DNA of 60,961 nt, the filler included. It is 6 parts of 6 records of this genome, joined end to end, with 100 filler letters (N's around TTAATTAATTAA, not from the genome) between each part and the next. Parts side by side here need not be neighbours in the genome. Positions count along the whole stretch, not along the records: positions 10,478 to 16,107 come from SRR31147125_32387; positions 16,208 to 23,059 come from SRR31147125_32418; 4 more parts are not named here. The stretch is one strand, 5' to 3'. The position numbers and the translations under genes were made by a program. A model generated the notes under the pieces. It did no database searches, had not been told where the DNA came from, and was given only the letters and a program-made list of their open reading frames with translations. Numbering within the stretch: position 1 is the stretch's first letter; every line of letters starts with the position of its first letter. Positions 10,478 to 19,444 of this stretch are shown piece after piece.

Positions 10478-11808
10478 CCCTTTTTGGGACCTCGAGGATT
10501 TATAGCTAATTTTTTAGCGTCCTCCTGATATGTAGTAGGTGAATAATAATCAAGGCAGAATTCGGCAACATTACCTTGCATGTTTTTTAGACCGAATTGA
10601 TTTGGACGTATCTCAGAAGGAGATTTTGTTCTGCCTTCACTATTTAATTCATAGTTCGCAAACGTGTTTATAATTGTAGTGTCTGGCCCAAATAATTTAT
10701 TGAACAACCCTTTTGAAGAATAATCTTTTGGAGTACCCTCAAATGGATAAGCAGTTTGTGATCCACCACGAGCAGCATATTCCCATTCAGCTTCTGTAGG
10801 CAATCGGTATTTCTTTCCTGTAATTTGAGTTAACCATCTGCAATATGTATTTGCTGCATGCCAACTCATTGTAATTGCAGGTCGGTCTCCTTTTCCCCAT
10901 CCTTGGTCAGGAGCTCCCCATGGAGGAGTAGGTCCCGTTATGCCATCAACTTCATCTTCATTGCCAATCTCTTTACGTCCTTGCGATGATGTTGCTTTAA
11001 AGAAAGCTAAATAAGCTTCCCAGCTAACTTCAATTTCGGCCATAAAGAAATCATCAATTTTTACATTGTGAGCAGGACCTTCGTCTTTATCTCTAAACGG
11101 TTCATTTTTAGGACTCCCCATTAAAAATTCGCCACCCTGAATTGCGACCATGTTGAATGACACATTTGACCCTGGAATTTTCTCATTGAAGTTTATGAAG
11201 CTCGTAACTTCAGTAGCCTCGGTATAAATCGTGTTATTTTGACTTGAAATGTTAGCAAAGTTTGTATTATGCTCATGCTTTGCATTTGGGTCGTAATGAC
11301 CAACGTGCAAGTGGCAGTTGATGCAACGAAGATCGTCGCTGCTAGTTAGGTAATACAAGTGGGCATCATCTCCTTCAGGAGAAAGAGTTAATGGAAAAAG
11401 GTTTTGATGACATTTTAAACAAGATTCTTTGTAGACAAAACTTTTGGCGTTTTCAAGTTTTCGTTTCTCTTCCCAATTAAAATCAGCACTGTCTTTGAAA
11501 AGCATTCCATAAACGTCCTTTAATCCGTGTTTCGCTTTTGCGTATAAATATCCGTGTCCTTTAGGAGGCAAGTGACAATCTACACAGTGTACTACAACGC
11601 CTGCGCTATTGTTGTAATGAGTAGATAACTTCCAGCTTTGTTCAGCATGTGGGTGAACATGGCAAGACATGCAATAATCATCAGTTGAAGTATATTCAAT
11701 GGTTTTATTCCCCAGACTAATAATAATAATGCATCCTATTGCGCCAAGAGCAATTAGCCATAAAAAAGCTTTTTTACCTTTGAAAGGATTTCTAAGTCTA
11801 AATTTCAT
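10478..11808 (-). CDS. NapC/NirT-type membrane tetraheme cytochrome c fused to an FGE-sulfatase (SUMF1/EgtB/PvdO) domain; 3' end cut by contig edge
   Basis: N-terminal TM helix; YTSTDDYCMSCH, CVDCH, CLKCH, CINCH; then GGEFLMGS, RLPTEAEWEYAARGG and NQFGLKNMQGNVAEF. Confidence 0.88.
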
Positions 11809-12015
11809 TTCAGGTTTTAATACGTTTTTGCATTAAGCTGAATCAAATGTAGAATGAGGCAGTTATTTTGGATTTAATTTGCGCTTATAGTTAGATTAAT
11901 CAAGGGTTACCATTTGGGTTAATATTGTGTTTTTTCATTTATTTTCAAAATGTAACACTCATTTATTTAGGGTGTTGTGTGGGTTAAAAATAAAATTAAC
12001 CTATTTTGAAAAAAA

Positions 12016-14583
12016 TTAAGACTTCACAAGATCATCAAAGGTTAAGGCGAGCTTTTCGTTATACATTTTCTCATATAAAGCTGCGAATTTTTCGTATGTG
12101 AACTTGGCTGTGTTGAGATTGTTTTGGGAGATAAGAGTTTTTAACTTGAAAGACACTGCTTGATCGTTTACAGGATCAGCTATTAAAATACGATCAGTTA
12201 GCTTTAAAATTAGTTCGTTGTCTTTTTCAATATCAAGCTTGTTTATAAATTTAATTAGGATATCAACAATGTTGTTGCCAATAAATCCTTTGTAATCATC
12301 AAGCCAAATGTGCGATTCGCCTTTGAAGACTTCACCAGCCCGGATAATTTTGTAAAAATCAAGATAAAATCCAGGTAACGAATCTTTGTATTCATTTAAA
12401 AGGTTCAAGCACTCAACATAGTCACAATAAACTGATTTTGAGAAATTGACTGTCCAGCAGTCAATGTTGAAGTTAATTTCAATTTCTTCGAATGATTGCA
12501 GTATGATTCTCAGCTTACGAATAGTAACACCTCTACTGTTTTTTGCATTCTGATAAGACATTCCAGACCATAAGATTTCAGATAGTTCCTTGGTTGAAAT
12601 CCCTTTTTTACTACGCTGTGAATGTACAAGAATTAAGAAAAATAGCTGTTTTAGTTTAGGAGTAAACTGATTTGTAATGTCGTCGCCATTTTTATCAATT
12701 GCTTTAAAATCACCGAACAATTGTATGAAGTTTCTCATTGGATAATCAGATCCGGTTTGTTCCAGTTCTTTTAGTTTTTCACTTGATATGAATCTTTTTT
12801 TATAAGATTTAAGTGGTGATTTTAAGTAAATGAAAAGTAAAAATGCGATGGCAAGAATGATTGCCCCCATTCTGGAAAGCAATGGGTAACGAATAAAAAT
12901 ACTTCTGGAAGGCACGAGTTCTACAACTTCGCGGCTAAGACTCCAAACTTCTTCTTCGCTTAGAGTTCTTGACCAAATGGAAACATTGTCAATTTGACCA
13001 ATCATCGCAGTTGATGGATCATAAGCTAAGCCTATATAAATATTTTCCCTTCCTTTGTACGTTGGATGACCTAAGGAGCGGCTATCTAATCTTCCATCAA
13101 TGAAAATTGCTTGCTCTCCATTCAGCTTATTGTACCTCCATACAATATGATGCCATCTTTTTGCTTCAATTATTGTTTTTCCCTGAAGATCGTTTGCAAA
13201 GAAACCGAAGTATGGTTTTTTATCTCGAATGTTTAGATGAATGCCTTGTTGGTATGTATTGCTTGATGTTCCAATTACGCAGTAGTCGCTTTTATCCTTT
13301 TGGTAATTGTCAATTTTCACCCATGCAGAAACTGTAAAGTCATGATCGCGAATTTTTATCTCCTCAGCTTTTGGTAAAACAATATGTCCTTTCCCATTAA
13401 AATTTGCCACCATACTACGGTCAGGGTCAGAAATATATTGCATGCCAATATCTTTCCCGCTAAAATTATTTATGCTGTAATCCTTAGTGCCATTTTCAAA
13501 ATTATAGAAGATTTCAAGGTTCTCAGTAATTTCGAACGGGGTTGCGGCAAAATGCTGAATTTGGCTCTTTTCAGGTTCATCAAAAGTAACAGATTCAGGT
13601 ATAAAACGATATCCCGGACTTTGTGGAGTTAAGGTCATTGCTTCGCCAGGACCAACCGGGAAGCAATAGTTTCCACTAGTTAAGCTATTTGTACCTTCCC
13701 AACTTACATAGTTGAGAATTTTTGAATTAAATGATACCGTTCCTTTTATTGTTTTAAAACCTCGGATTGTATATATAACTTCTAGAATCCAGTTTTGATA
13801 AGAATCGAGCATGATGAAGTTTGGAGTTTTTCCAGTGTTCATCCATACACTTTTTACATGTTCGATTAAGTAGGGGTTTTGTGTGGTATTGAAGAATGAT
13901 TCTTCAATTTTTTGTTGTTTAAGAGGAAAGTTAAAATCGTTATAAATAAGTAAGCTGTTTTTGGGGTCACCTCTTAGAAATTCAGTATTCAAATTTGATG
14001 CTTCTAAAATAGAAAAGTATGGTTCAACCGCATGATTCCAAATGTAATGAATCCAATCAGGACTATTGCGATGTTCTTGCATTCCGAAAACGACAAGACG
14101 CTTGCCTGTTTCAACCATCTCTGTTAAAGTTGGCCATACAAGTCCTTCTTTTTGCTCATGAAGAAAAGAACTCAAGCCTGCTTCATAAAAAAGTGAAATG
14201 AGTTCGTTTACATTTACATTAAAATCTAAAAAGAGGGTTAATATTTTATCGGGCTTGTTTTCAAGGTGTTGCCTGATTCGCATAAGTTCATCTTTCAATG
14301 GAGTTGAATACCCTCTTGCATGCCTAAGCATCAACTGATTTTCTTGCCTTTCCCATTGAATATAAAATCGAAACCCACCAATATTTTGATCGAGTAGTTG
14401 TTGAACCGAGCGTCTTTCTTTTGTTGAAGCATCAATGCCAGAGTAGTTTGAGATTACAAAAATACTTTCATCATAATGCCTTAAAACTACATTCTGACTA
14501 GATGCAGAAGAAATTAAAAGAAGTAAAAAGCCTATTGTCAGTAGAATATGTTTTGAAAGACTGTCTTGTTTCATGGAAAACAA
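12016..14583 (-). CDS. Membrane-spanning one-component regulator: degenerate PI-PLC X-like domain + Ig-like + LamG + TM + cytoplasmic wHTH/BTAD-like domain
   Basis: Signal peptide; SVQQLLD...LTLFLD...WPTLTEMVETGKRLVVF...PNFIMLD (PI-PLC-like); DFTVSAWVK...WHHIV...GQIDNVSIWSRTLS (LamG); one TM; IQLFGDF...FTPKLKQLF...NSRGVTIRKLR...DPVNDQA (SusR/SARP-like output). Confidence 0.72.
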   Translation of the reverse strand: MFSMKQDSLSKHILLTIGFLLLLISSASSQNVVLRHYDESIFVISNYSGIDASTKERRSVQQLLDQNIGGFRFYIQWERQENQLMLRHARGYSTPLKDELMRIRQHLENKPDKILTLFLDFNVNVNELISLFYEAGLSSFLHEQKEGLVWPTLTEMVETGKRLVVFGMQEHRNSPDWIHYIWNHAVEPYFSILEASNLNTEFLRGDPKNSLLIYNDFNFPLKQQKIEESFFNTTQNPYLIEHVKSVWMNTGKTPNFIMLDSYQNWILEVIYTIRGFKTIKGTVSFNSKILNYVSWEGTNSLTSGNYCFPVGPGEAMTLTPQSPGYRFIPESVTFDEPEKSQIQHFAATPFEITENLEIFYNFENGTKDYSINNFSGKDIGMQYISDPDRSMVANFNGKGHIVLPKAEEIKIRDHDFTVSAWVKIDNYQKDKSDYCVIGTSSNTYQQGIHLNIRDKKPYFGFFANDLQGKTIIEAKRWHHIVWRYNKLNGEQAIFIDGRLDSRSLGHPTYKGRENIYIGLAYDPSTAMIGQIDNVSIWSRTLSEEEVWSLSREVVELVPSRSIFIRYPLLSRMGAIILAIAFLLFIYLKSPLKSYKKRFISSEKLKELEQTGSDYPMRNFIQLFGDFKAIDKNGDDITNQFTPKLKQLFFLILVHSQRSKKGISTKELSEILWSGMSYQNAKNSRGVTIRKLRIILQSFEEIEINFNIDCWTVNFSKSVYCDYVECLNLLNEYKDSLPGFYLDFYKIIRAGEVFKGESHIWLDDYKGFIGNNIVDILIKFINKLDIEKDNELILKLTDRILIADPVNDQAVSFKLKTLISQNNLNTAKFTYEKFAALYEKMYNEKLALTFDDLVKS

Positions 14584-14601
14584 TTATTGTTCGATCAATC
14601 A

Positions 14602-14609
14602 CAAAGATA
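14602..14609 (-). promoter_or_regulatory. Bacteroidota -7 promoter element for the regulator gene
   Basis: Reverse complement TATCTTTG just upstream of the start. Confidence 0.55.
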
Positions 14610-14700
14610 TAAAAAGGATGGAATCCATGAGAAAACATTTAAACAGAATAAGAAATGAACTAGCAGCATTTTGTTATTCTGGAATATGGAGATTTTTTTA

Positions 14701-14778
14701 GGAGAGGCATACTGGATTTGAATCAATTACTTTGAGCTTGTCAAGGTAGTGTCTCTAATGCAACTGAGCTAATGCTTC
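14701..14778 (-). pseudogene. Decayed tRNA, probably tRNA-Val(GAC)
   Basis: Reverse complement GAAGCAT-TA-GCTCAGTTGCATTAGAGA-...-CCTTGACAA-...-ATTGATTCAAATCCAGT-ATGCCTC-TCC. The acceptor stem pairs at 6/7 positions, the D and T loops are recognisable, and the anticodon stem is broken. Confidence 0.65.
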
Positions 14779-14817
14779 AGGTAAATTTACAAACTAAGAT
14801 TCACGAAGAATTGAATC

Positions 14818-15843
14818 TTAGTTCTTTGCCAACTCTTTTGTTGAAAGTAACCCGCAAGCTGCATAAATATCTTGCCCCCGCGAGGCGCGAATAGTTGTGG
14901 TAATGCCTTTTGAATTAAGGGTATCCTTAAACTCTTGTAAGGTATTTTCATCGGTTCCTTTTAGCGGAGTTCCCGGAATTGGATGAAAGCGGATGAGATT
15001 GATGCGGCATTTAATCCCATCAAGCACACGAGCCATTTCTTTAACGTGAGCAGGTGTGTCATTTAGTCCGTGAAAAACGATATACTCAAACGATACACGC
15101 CTTTGTCGACCGAAATCCCAGTTTCGTATTTCATGCAAAATATCTTCGAGAGGATACGCAATTTCAACAGGCATTAGATTTTTTCGTTCATCGTGAAAAG
15201 GAGTGTGGAGGCTAATAGCAAGGTGAGTTTCACTTTCATTTAAAAAACGAACCAAGCCAGGAACAATACCAATAGACGAAACAGTTATGCGGCGTGGGCT
15301 CATTGCAAACCCCCATTCAGCAGTAAGTATCTCGGTACTCTTAAGTACTTCGTCTAAATTGTCAAATGGTTCACCCATTCCCATATAAACAATATTTGAA
15401 ATCTTTTGCCATTCTTCAATATTACGAATTTGGTTTACGATTTCACCAGCAGTTAATTGCCCTTGAAAACCTTGCTTGCCTGTCATGCAAAAAAGACATC
15501 CCATTTTACAACCCACTTGAGAGGAAACACAAACCGTTTTTCGATCTTTATCAGGAATCATGGCTGTTTCAATATATTGACCGTGAGTGGTAGGGAAGAG
15601 GTATTTCTTTGTTCCATCTTTGCTTTTCTGCACTTTGGTTGATGCAATTAATCCAAAGTCATATCTTTCAGAAAGAAGCTCTCGTGCTTTTATCGAAAGG
15701 TTGGTCATTTCATCAATCGAAGATACTTCTTTTTTATAAAGCCAATCTGCAATTTGTTTGGCAGTGAATTTTGGCAAACCCAGTTCAATAACCATCTCTT
15801 GCAGTTCGCTTAAGGTTTTTCCAAAAAGTACTTCTTTTGACAT
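14818..15843 (-). CDS. rlmN: 23S rRNA (adenine2503-C2)-methyltransferase RlmN (radical SAM)
   Basis: CVSSQVGCKMGCLFC, MGMGEP and DIYAACGLL motifs. Confidence 0.96.
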   Translation of the reverse strand: MSKEVLFGKTLSELQEMVIELGLPKFTAKQIADWLYKKEVSSIDEMTNLSIKARELLSERYDFGLIASTKVQKSKDGTKKYLFPTTHGQYIETAMIPDKDRKTVCVSSQVGCKMGCLFCMTGKQGFQGQLTAGEIVNQIRNIEEWQKISNIVYMGMGEPFDNLDEVLKSTEILTAEWGFAMSPRRITVSSIGIVPGLVRFLNESETHLAISLHTPFHDERKNLMPVEIAYPLEDILHEIRNWDFGRQRRVSFEYIVFHGLNDTPAHVKEMARVLDGIKCRINLIRFHPIPGTPLKGTDENTLQEFKDTLNSKGITTTIRASRGQDIYAACGLLSTKELAKN

Positions 15844-15859
15844 TCTTTTTTCTTTTCGG

Positions 15860-15867
15860 CAAAATTA
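15860..15867 (-). promoter_or_regulatory. Bacteroidota -7 promoter element for rlmN
   Basis: Reverse complement TAATTTTG 16 nt upstream of the ATG. Confidence 0.5.
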
Positions 15868-16107
15868 AAAATAAATTTCGGCAATAATGTTTTCAAAGGG
15901 AATTCCTTTCTCAATCAAAAAATCTCTGACTTCAACAACCATTAACGCTTTCCCGCATAAAAAATAGGAATAATCTTTTGGGAAATGCGAACGTGTTTTC
16001 AAATAATCGGTAACTCTTCCACTGAAAACATCGCAAGATTGTTCTTGAGAGCAACATCGGATATAATTTTTGCTCAATGCCCAATCGAGTTCATCTTCAA
16101 AATAGAA
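15865..16107 (-). CDS. C-terminal fragment of a ferredoxin-NADP reductase-like FAD/NAD(P)-binding oxidoreductase (5' end missing)
   Basis: GRVTDYL...YFLCGKALMVVEV...AEIYF is the FNR-family NAD-binding C-terminus. Confidence 0.75.
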   Translation of the reverse strand, partial: FYFEDELDWALSKNYIRCCSQEQSCDVFSGRVTDYLKTRSHFPKDYSYFLCGKALMVVEVRDFLIEKGIPFENIIAEIYF

Positions 16108-16207
16108 NNNNNNNNNNNNNNNNNNNNNNNNNNNNNNNNNNNNNNNNNNNNTTAATTAATTAANNNNNNNNNNNNNNNNNNNNNNNNNNNNNNNNNNNNN
16201 NNNNNNN
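16108..16207. other. Artificial contig spacer
   Basis: N44-TTAATTAATTAA-N44. Confidence 0.98.
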
Positions 16208-16626
16208 TAGGTCATCTCGTCCGCCGCCTGTTCGTCGAACCACGTCACGCTGACATGGAAAGAGTAGTTGCAGGTCGCCTTCCGTGCCCGATTCTGCCAC
16301 TGCTCGTAGGCTTCGAGATAGGACTGGCCCCGAACCGGATTGACGAAATCGATGACGGTGGTGGTACCGCCTGACAGCGCAGCCTCTCCGCCGTTGTCGA
16401 ATCCGTCCGCGGTGCGGATGTCGCCGACCGGCATCTCGAGATGGGTGTGGGGATCGATGCCGCCGGGGATGACCAGAAGGTCGTGCGCATCGATGACCCT
16501 GCATCCCTCCGGCGGCGTAATCCCGGCTTCGACGGCCTCGATGCGGTCACCGGCGATCAGAACATCTGCGGTCCTGCTTCCGTCCGCGTTGACGACCGTG
16601 CCGTTACTGATCAGTATTTTATTCAT
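16208..16626 (-). CDS. hydA: Dihydropyrimidinase/D-hydantoinase, N-terminal part (3' end cut)
   Basis: MNKILISNGTVV, PGGIDPHTHLEMP, GGTTTVIDF and CNYSFH motifs. Confidence 0.85.
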
Positions 16627-16654
16627 GAGAAATGTTTGTGCTGATGGGTTGCGG

Positions 16655-17437
16655 CTACCGGTGCACCTTCCGGCGCCTGAGATATTCACTGGTGATGATG
16701 ATACATATATTAAACAGCACGATCAGCATTGCCAGCGCATTGAGCTTCGGCGAGAGATGAAACCGGAAATCGGATGCAACCAGGACCGACAGGGGCTGCA
16801 CCCGGCCACTGGTGAAGAACGAGACGGTGTACTCCGCGTTGGAGAGAACGAAACAGATAAACGCGCCGGCGAGAATCCCGTTTTTCATGAGGGGGAGGGT
16901 TACCCGCCTGAAGGTCTGCCAGGGCGGCGCGCCGAGGTCCTCGGCAGCCTCTTCGAGCGATTTGTCGATCTTGTAGAGGACGGACGCGATGATAATCGTC
17001 ACAAAAGGGAGGATGATGAGCGACTGCGATATCCAGACGGTTAGCAACCCCTTGTCGATGCCGACGTCGTTGAGAAACGTTACCTGGGCGATCGCAAAAA
17101 TCAGCTTCGGTACAAAAAACGGCAGGACCAGCAGGGCGGCGAACAACGGCTTGAAGCGGAACCGGTAGCGGGTCAGCACCAGCGCCGCCATGCTGCCCAG
17201 GACGGTGGTGATCAAGGTTACCGGTATTGCAACCGCCATCGTCGTCAGAAGCCCCTTGAAGATCCGCGCGTCGTGAAAAATTTTCACGTACCAGTCGAGC
17301 GTGAATCCGGTCAGCGGGAACGCGATGAGGTCGGACGAATTCAGAGAGAACAGCCCCATCAGGAGGATCGGGAGATACACATAGCTGTATACAACCAGTG
17401 CATATCCCTGCAGGAGTGAGCGGCCGCGGCGAATCAT
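16655..17437 (-). CDS. ABC transporter permease, PotC-like
   Basis: Hydrophobic protein with FPLTGFTLDWY and EAA loop LEEAAEDLGA. Confidence 0.9.
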   Translation of the reverse strand: MIRRGRSLLQGYALVVYSYVYLPILLMGLFSLNSSDLIAFPLTGFTLDWYVKIFHDARIFKGLLTTMAVAIPVTLITTVLGSMAALVLTRYRFRFKPLFAALLVLPFFVPKLIFAIAQVTFLNDVGIDKGLLTVWISQSLIILPFVTIIIASVLYKIDKSLEEAAEDLGAPPWQTFRRVTLPLMKNGILAGAFICFVLSNAEYTVSFFTSGRVQPLSVLVASDFRFHLSPKLNALAMLIVLFNICIIITSEYLRRRKVHR

Positions 17438-18323
17438 TTCTGCACCTTCCGTATCCCCGTCCCCAGGGTGATCGATAAAACCCGTATACCATGCAGGTCA
17501 CAAAGACGGCCATGGAGGCAAGCAGCACCCAGGCCAGTGCGGACCCCGTCGGCCAGTCGAACGCGGCCCCGAACATGTCATGGATGGCACTGGTCACTGT
17601 AACGCCGGATGAACCGCCGATGAGCTGCGGGGTGAGATAGTCCCCAACCACCAGCACGAAGACCATCAGAAAACCGGCGACCAGTCCGGGCCCGCTCAAC
17701 GGCAGGATGACCTTGAAGAAGACCCCGAGATTCCGGGACCCAAGATCCATTGCCGCCTCCATGTAGGAATCGTCGAGCGCCTCGATCGCGGCCCACAGCG
17801 GGAAAACCATGAACGGCAGATAGTTGTAGGTCAGCACGAGGGTCGTTGCAAACGGGCTGAAGAGCAGGAACCAGAGTGGCTCGTCGATCAGGCCGAGCCA
17901 CATGAACAGCGAATTCAGAACCCCTTCCGCGCCCAGGACGACCCGCCACGCGAATATCCTGATGAGATCACCCGTGTAGAGGGGGATGAGCAGCAGGGTC
18001 AGCAGCGCGGATTTGTAGACCCTGACCCGTTTTGCGATGAACAGGGCGAGCGGGTAGGCAATCACTGCGCACAGCGCGGCCACGCCGAGCCCGTAGATCA
18101 GGGCTTTGAGAATCAGGCTCCGGTACGTGTCACTGCTGATGATCCGCGCGTAATTATCCAGAGTAGGCTCCCGGATGATCGCGACAAAGTCAACCTGGAA
18201 AAAACTGTAACTGAAGAGAACGGCCAGGGGCAGGACACAGAAGGTGCAGACAAACAGGATATTCGGGGCCTTCAGAGCAAGCGCCGTGCGTCGCCGCTTG
18301 CGTTCGATCCCACGCGGTTTCAA
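17434..18323 (-). CDS. ABC transporter permease, PotB-like (indel near the 3' end)
   Basis: EAAMDLGS and GDYLTPQLIGG motifs. One extra base in the C4 run at 17455-17458 gives ...RKVQK-stop overlapping the next ATG (ATGA), so the 537-aa ORF is a read-through artefact. Confidence 0.88.
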
Positions 18324-19441
18324 TTAATCTCCTCCGATACCACAGGGTCCCCGTGCACGATTCTGCATTTGTGAGTCGCGACCCCAAGTTCTATCAGCTC
18401 ATCGACCGCTGCCGGGGCATCGTGGTCCAGCTTCGCCACCAGCGACTGGTTGCCGATACGTACGTCGACCAGCTTCGAACTTCCCTGGAAGATGACGTGC
18501 CTGACCGTCGCCTCAAAAGAAAAATAACCGGCACGCTTGCCGGTCGCGATGGAGATGTCCTCCGCCCTGAAGCATAAACTCGACGGTTCGTCCCGCTTTA
18601 CAGAATCACTGCAGGCCGCCTCGACGGTGCCGACTTCCGTCTCCAGACAACCTGTGCGGGTGGATTCGTCAAACTCGAAGAGTGTACCCGCTACGAGATT
18701 GGCACCACCGATGAAATCGGCCACATAGGTATTCTCGGGTGCGTGAAAGATCCGTTCGGGAGTATCGGTCTGTTCGATGCGACCGCCGTTCATTACGATG
18801 ATGATGTCGCTCAGCGCGAACGCCTCTTCCTGGTCGTGCGTCACATAGAGAAAACTCATGGCCAGCCGCTTCTGCAGGTCCTTGAGTTCGACCTGCATGT
18901 GCCTCCGCATCTTCAGGTCGAGCGCCCCGAGCGGCTCATCGAGAAGCAGCAGTTTCGGCTCGTTGACAAACGCGCGGGCCAGGGCGACGCGCTGCTGCTG
19001 ACCGCCCGAGAGCTGCGCAGGATAGCGGCGCGCCATCGAAGTCATCCGCACACTCTCGAGCGCGGCGTCGACCCTGCGCTTCACCTCGTCCTTTTTCAGC
19101 CCCCGCATCGTGAGGCCAAACGCCACGTTATCTTCGACGCGCAGGTGCGGGAACAGGGCATAATTCTGGAACACCGTATTGATCGGCCGGTCGTAGGGCA
19201 TCACGTCCGTGAGCGATTCCCCCTCCAGCAGGATGGATCCCGCCGTCACCGATTCGAACCCCCCGATCATTCTCAGAATTGTCGTCTTGCCGCAGCCTGA
19301 TGGCCCGAGGATCGTTACGAAGCTGTCGGAGGGAATAACGAAATCAACCCCGTGAACAGCCCGGAACGATTCATAATCTTTGACAAGTCCCTCAGCCTCC
19401 AGCAGGTTGCCGGAGGCCGGGTTCGAGTTTTCTGTGGACAT
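18320..19441 (-). CDS. ABC transporter ATP-binding subunit, PotA-like
   Basis: GPSGCGKT, FQNYALFPH, LSGGQQQRVALARA and LLLDEP motifs; C-terminal TOBE domain. Confidence 0.93.
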   Translation of the reverse strand: MSTENSNPASGNLLEAEGLVKDYESFRAVHGVDFVIPSDSFVTILGPSGCGKTTILRMIGGFESVTAGSILLEGESLTDVMPYDRPINTVFQNYALFPHLRVEDNVAFGLTMRGLKKDEVKRRVDAALESVRMTSMARRYPAQLSGGQQQRVALARAFVNEPKLLLLDEPLGALDLKMRRHMQVELKDLQKRLAMSFLYVTHDQEEAFALSDIIIVMNGGRIEQTDTPERIFHAPENTYVADFIGGANLVAGTLFEFDESTRTGCLETEVGTVEAACSDSVKRDEPSSLCFRAEDISIATGKRAGYFSFEATVRHVIFQGSSKLVDVRIGNQSLVAKLDHDAPAAVDELIELGVATHKCRIVHGDPVVSEEIN

Positions 19442-19444
19442 GGA

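Noticed and set aside
10478-11200. FGE/CLec-fold domain as a diversity-generating retroelement target
   Set aside because: No reverse transcriptase and no template/variable repeat pair are visible in the window.
16710-18323. 537-aa permease with a long Arg/Pro-rich tail
   Set aside because: The tail is out-of-frame read-through over the PotC-like gene, caused by one missing base.
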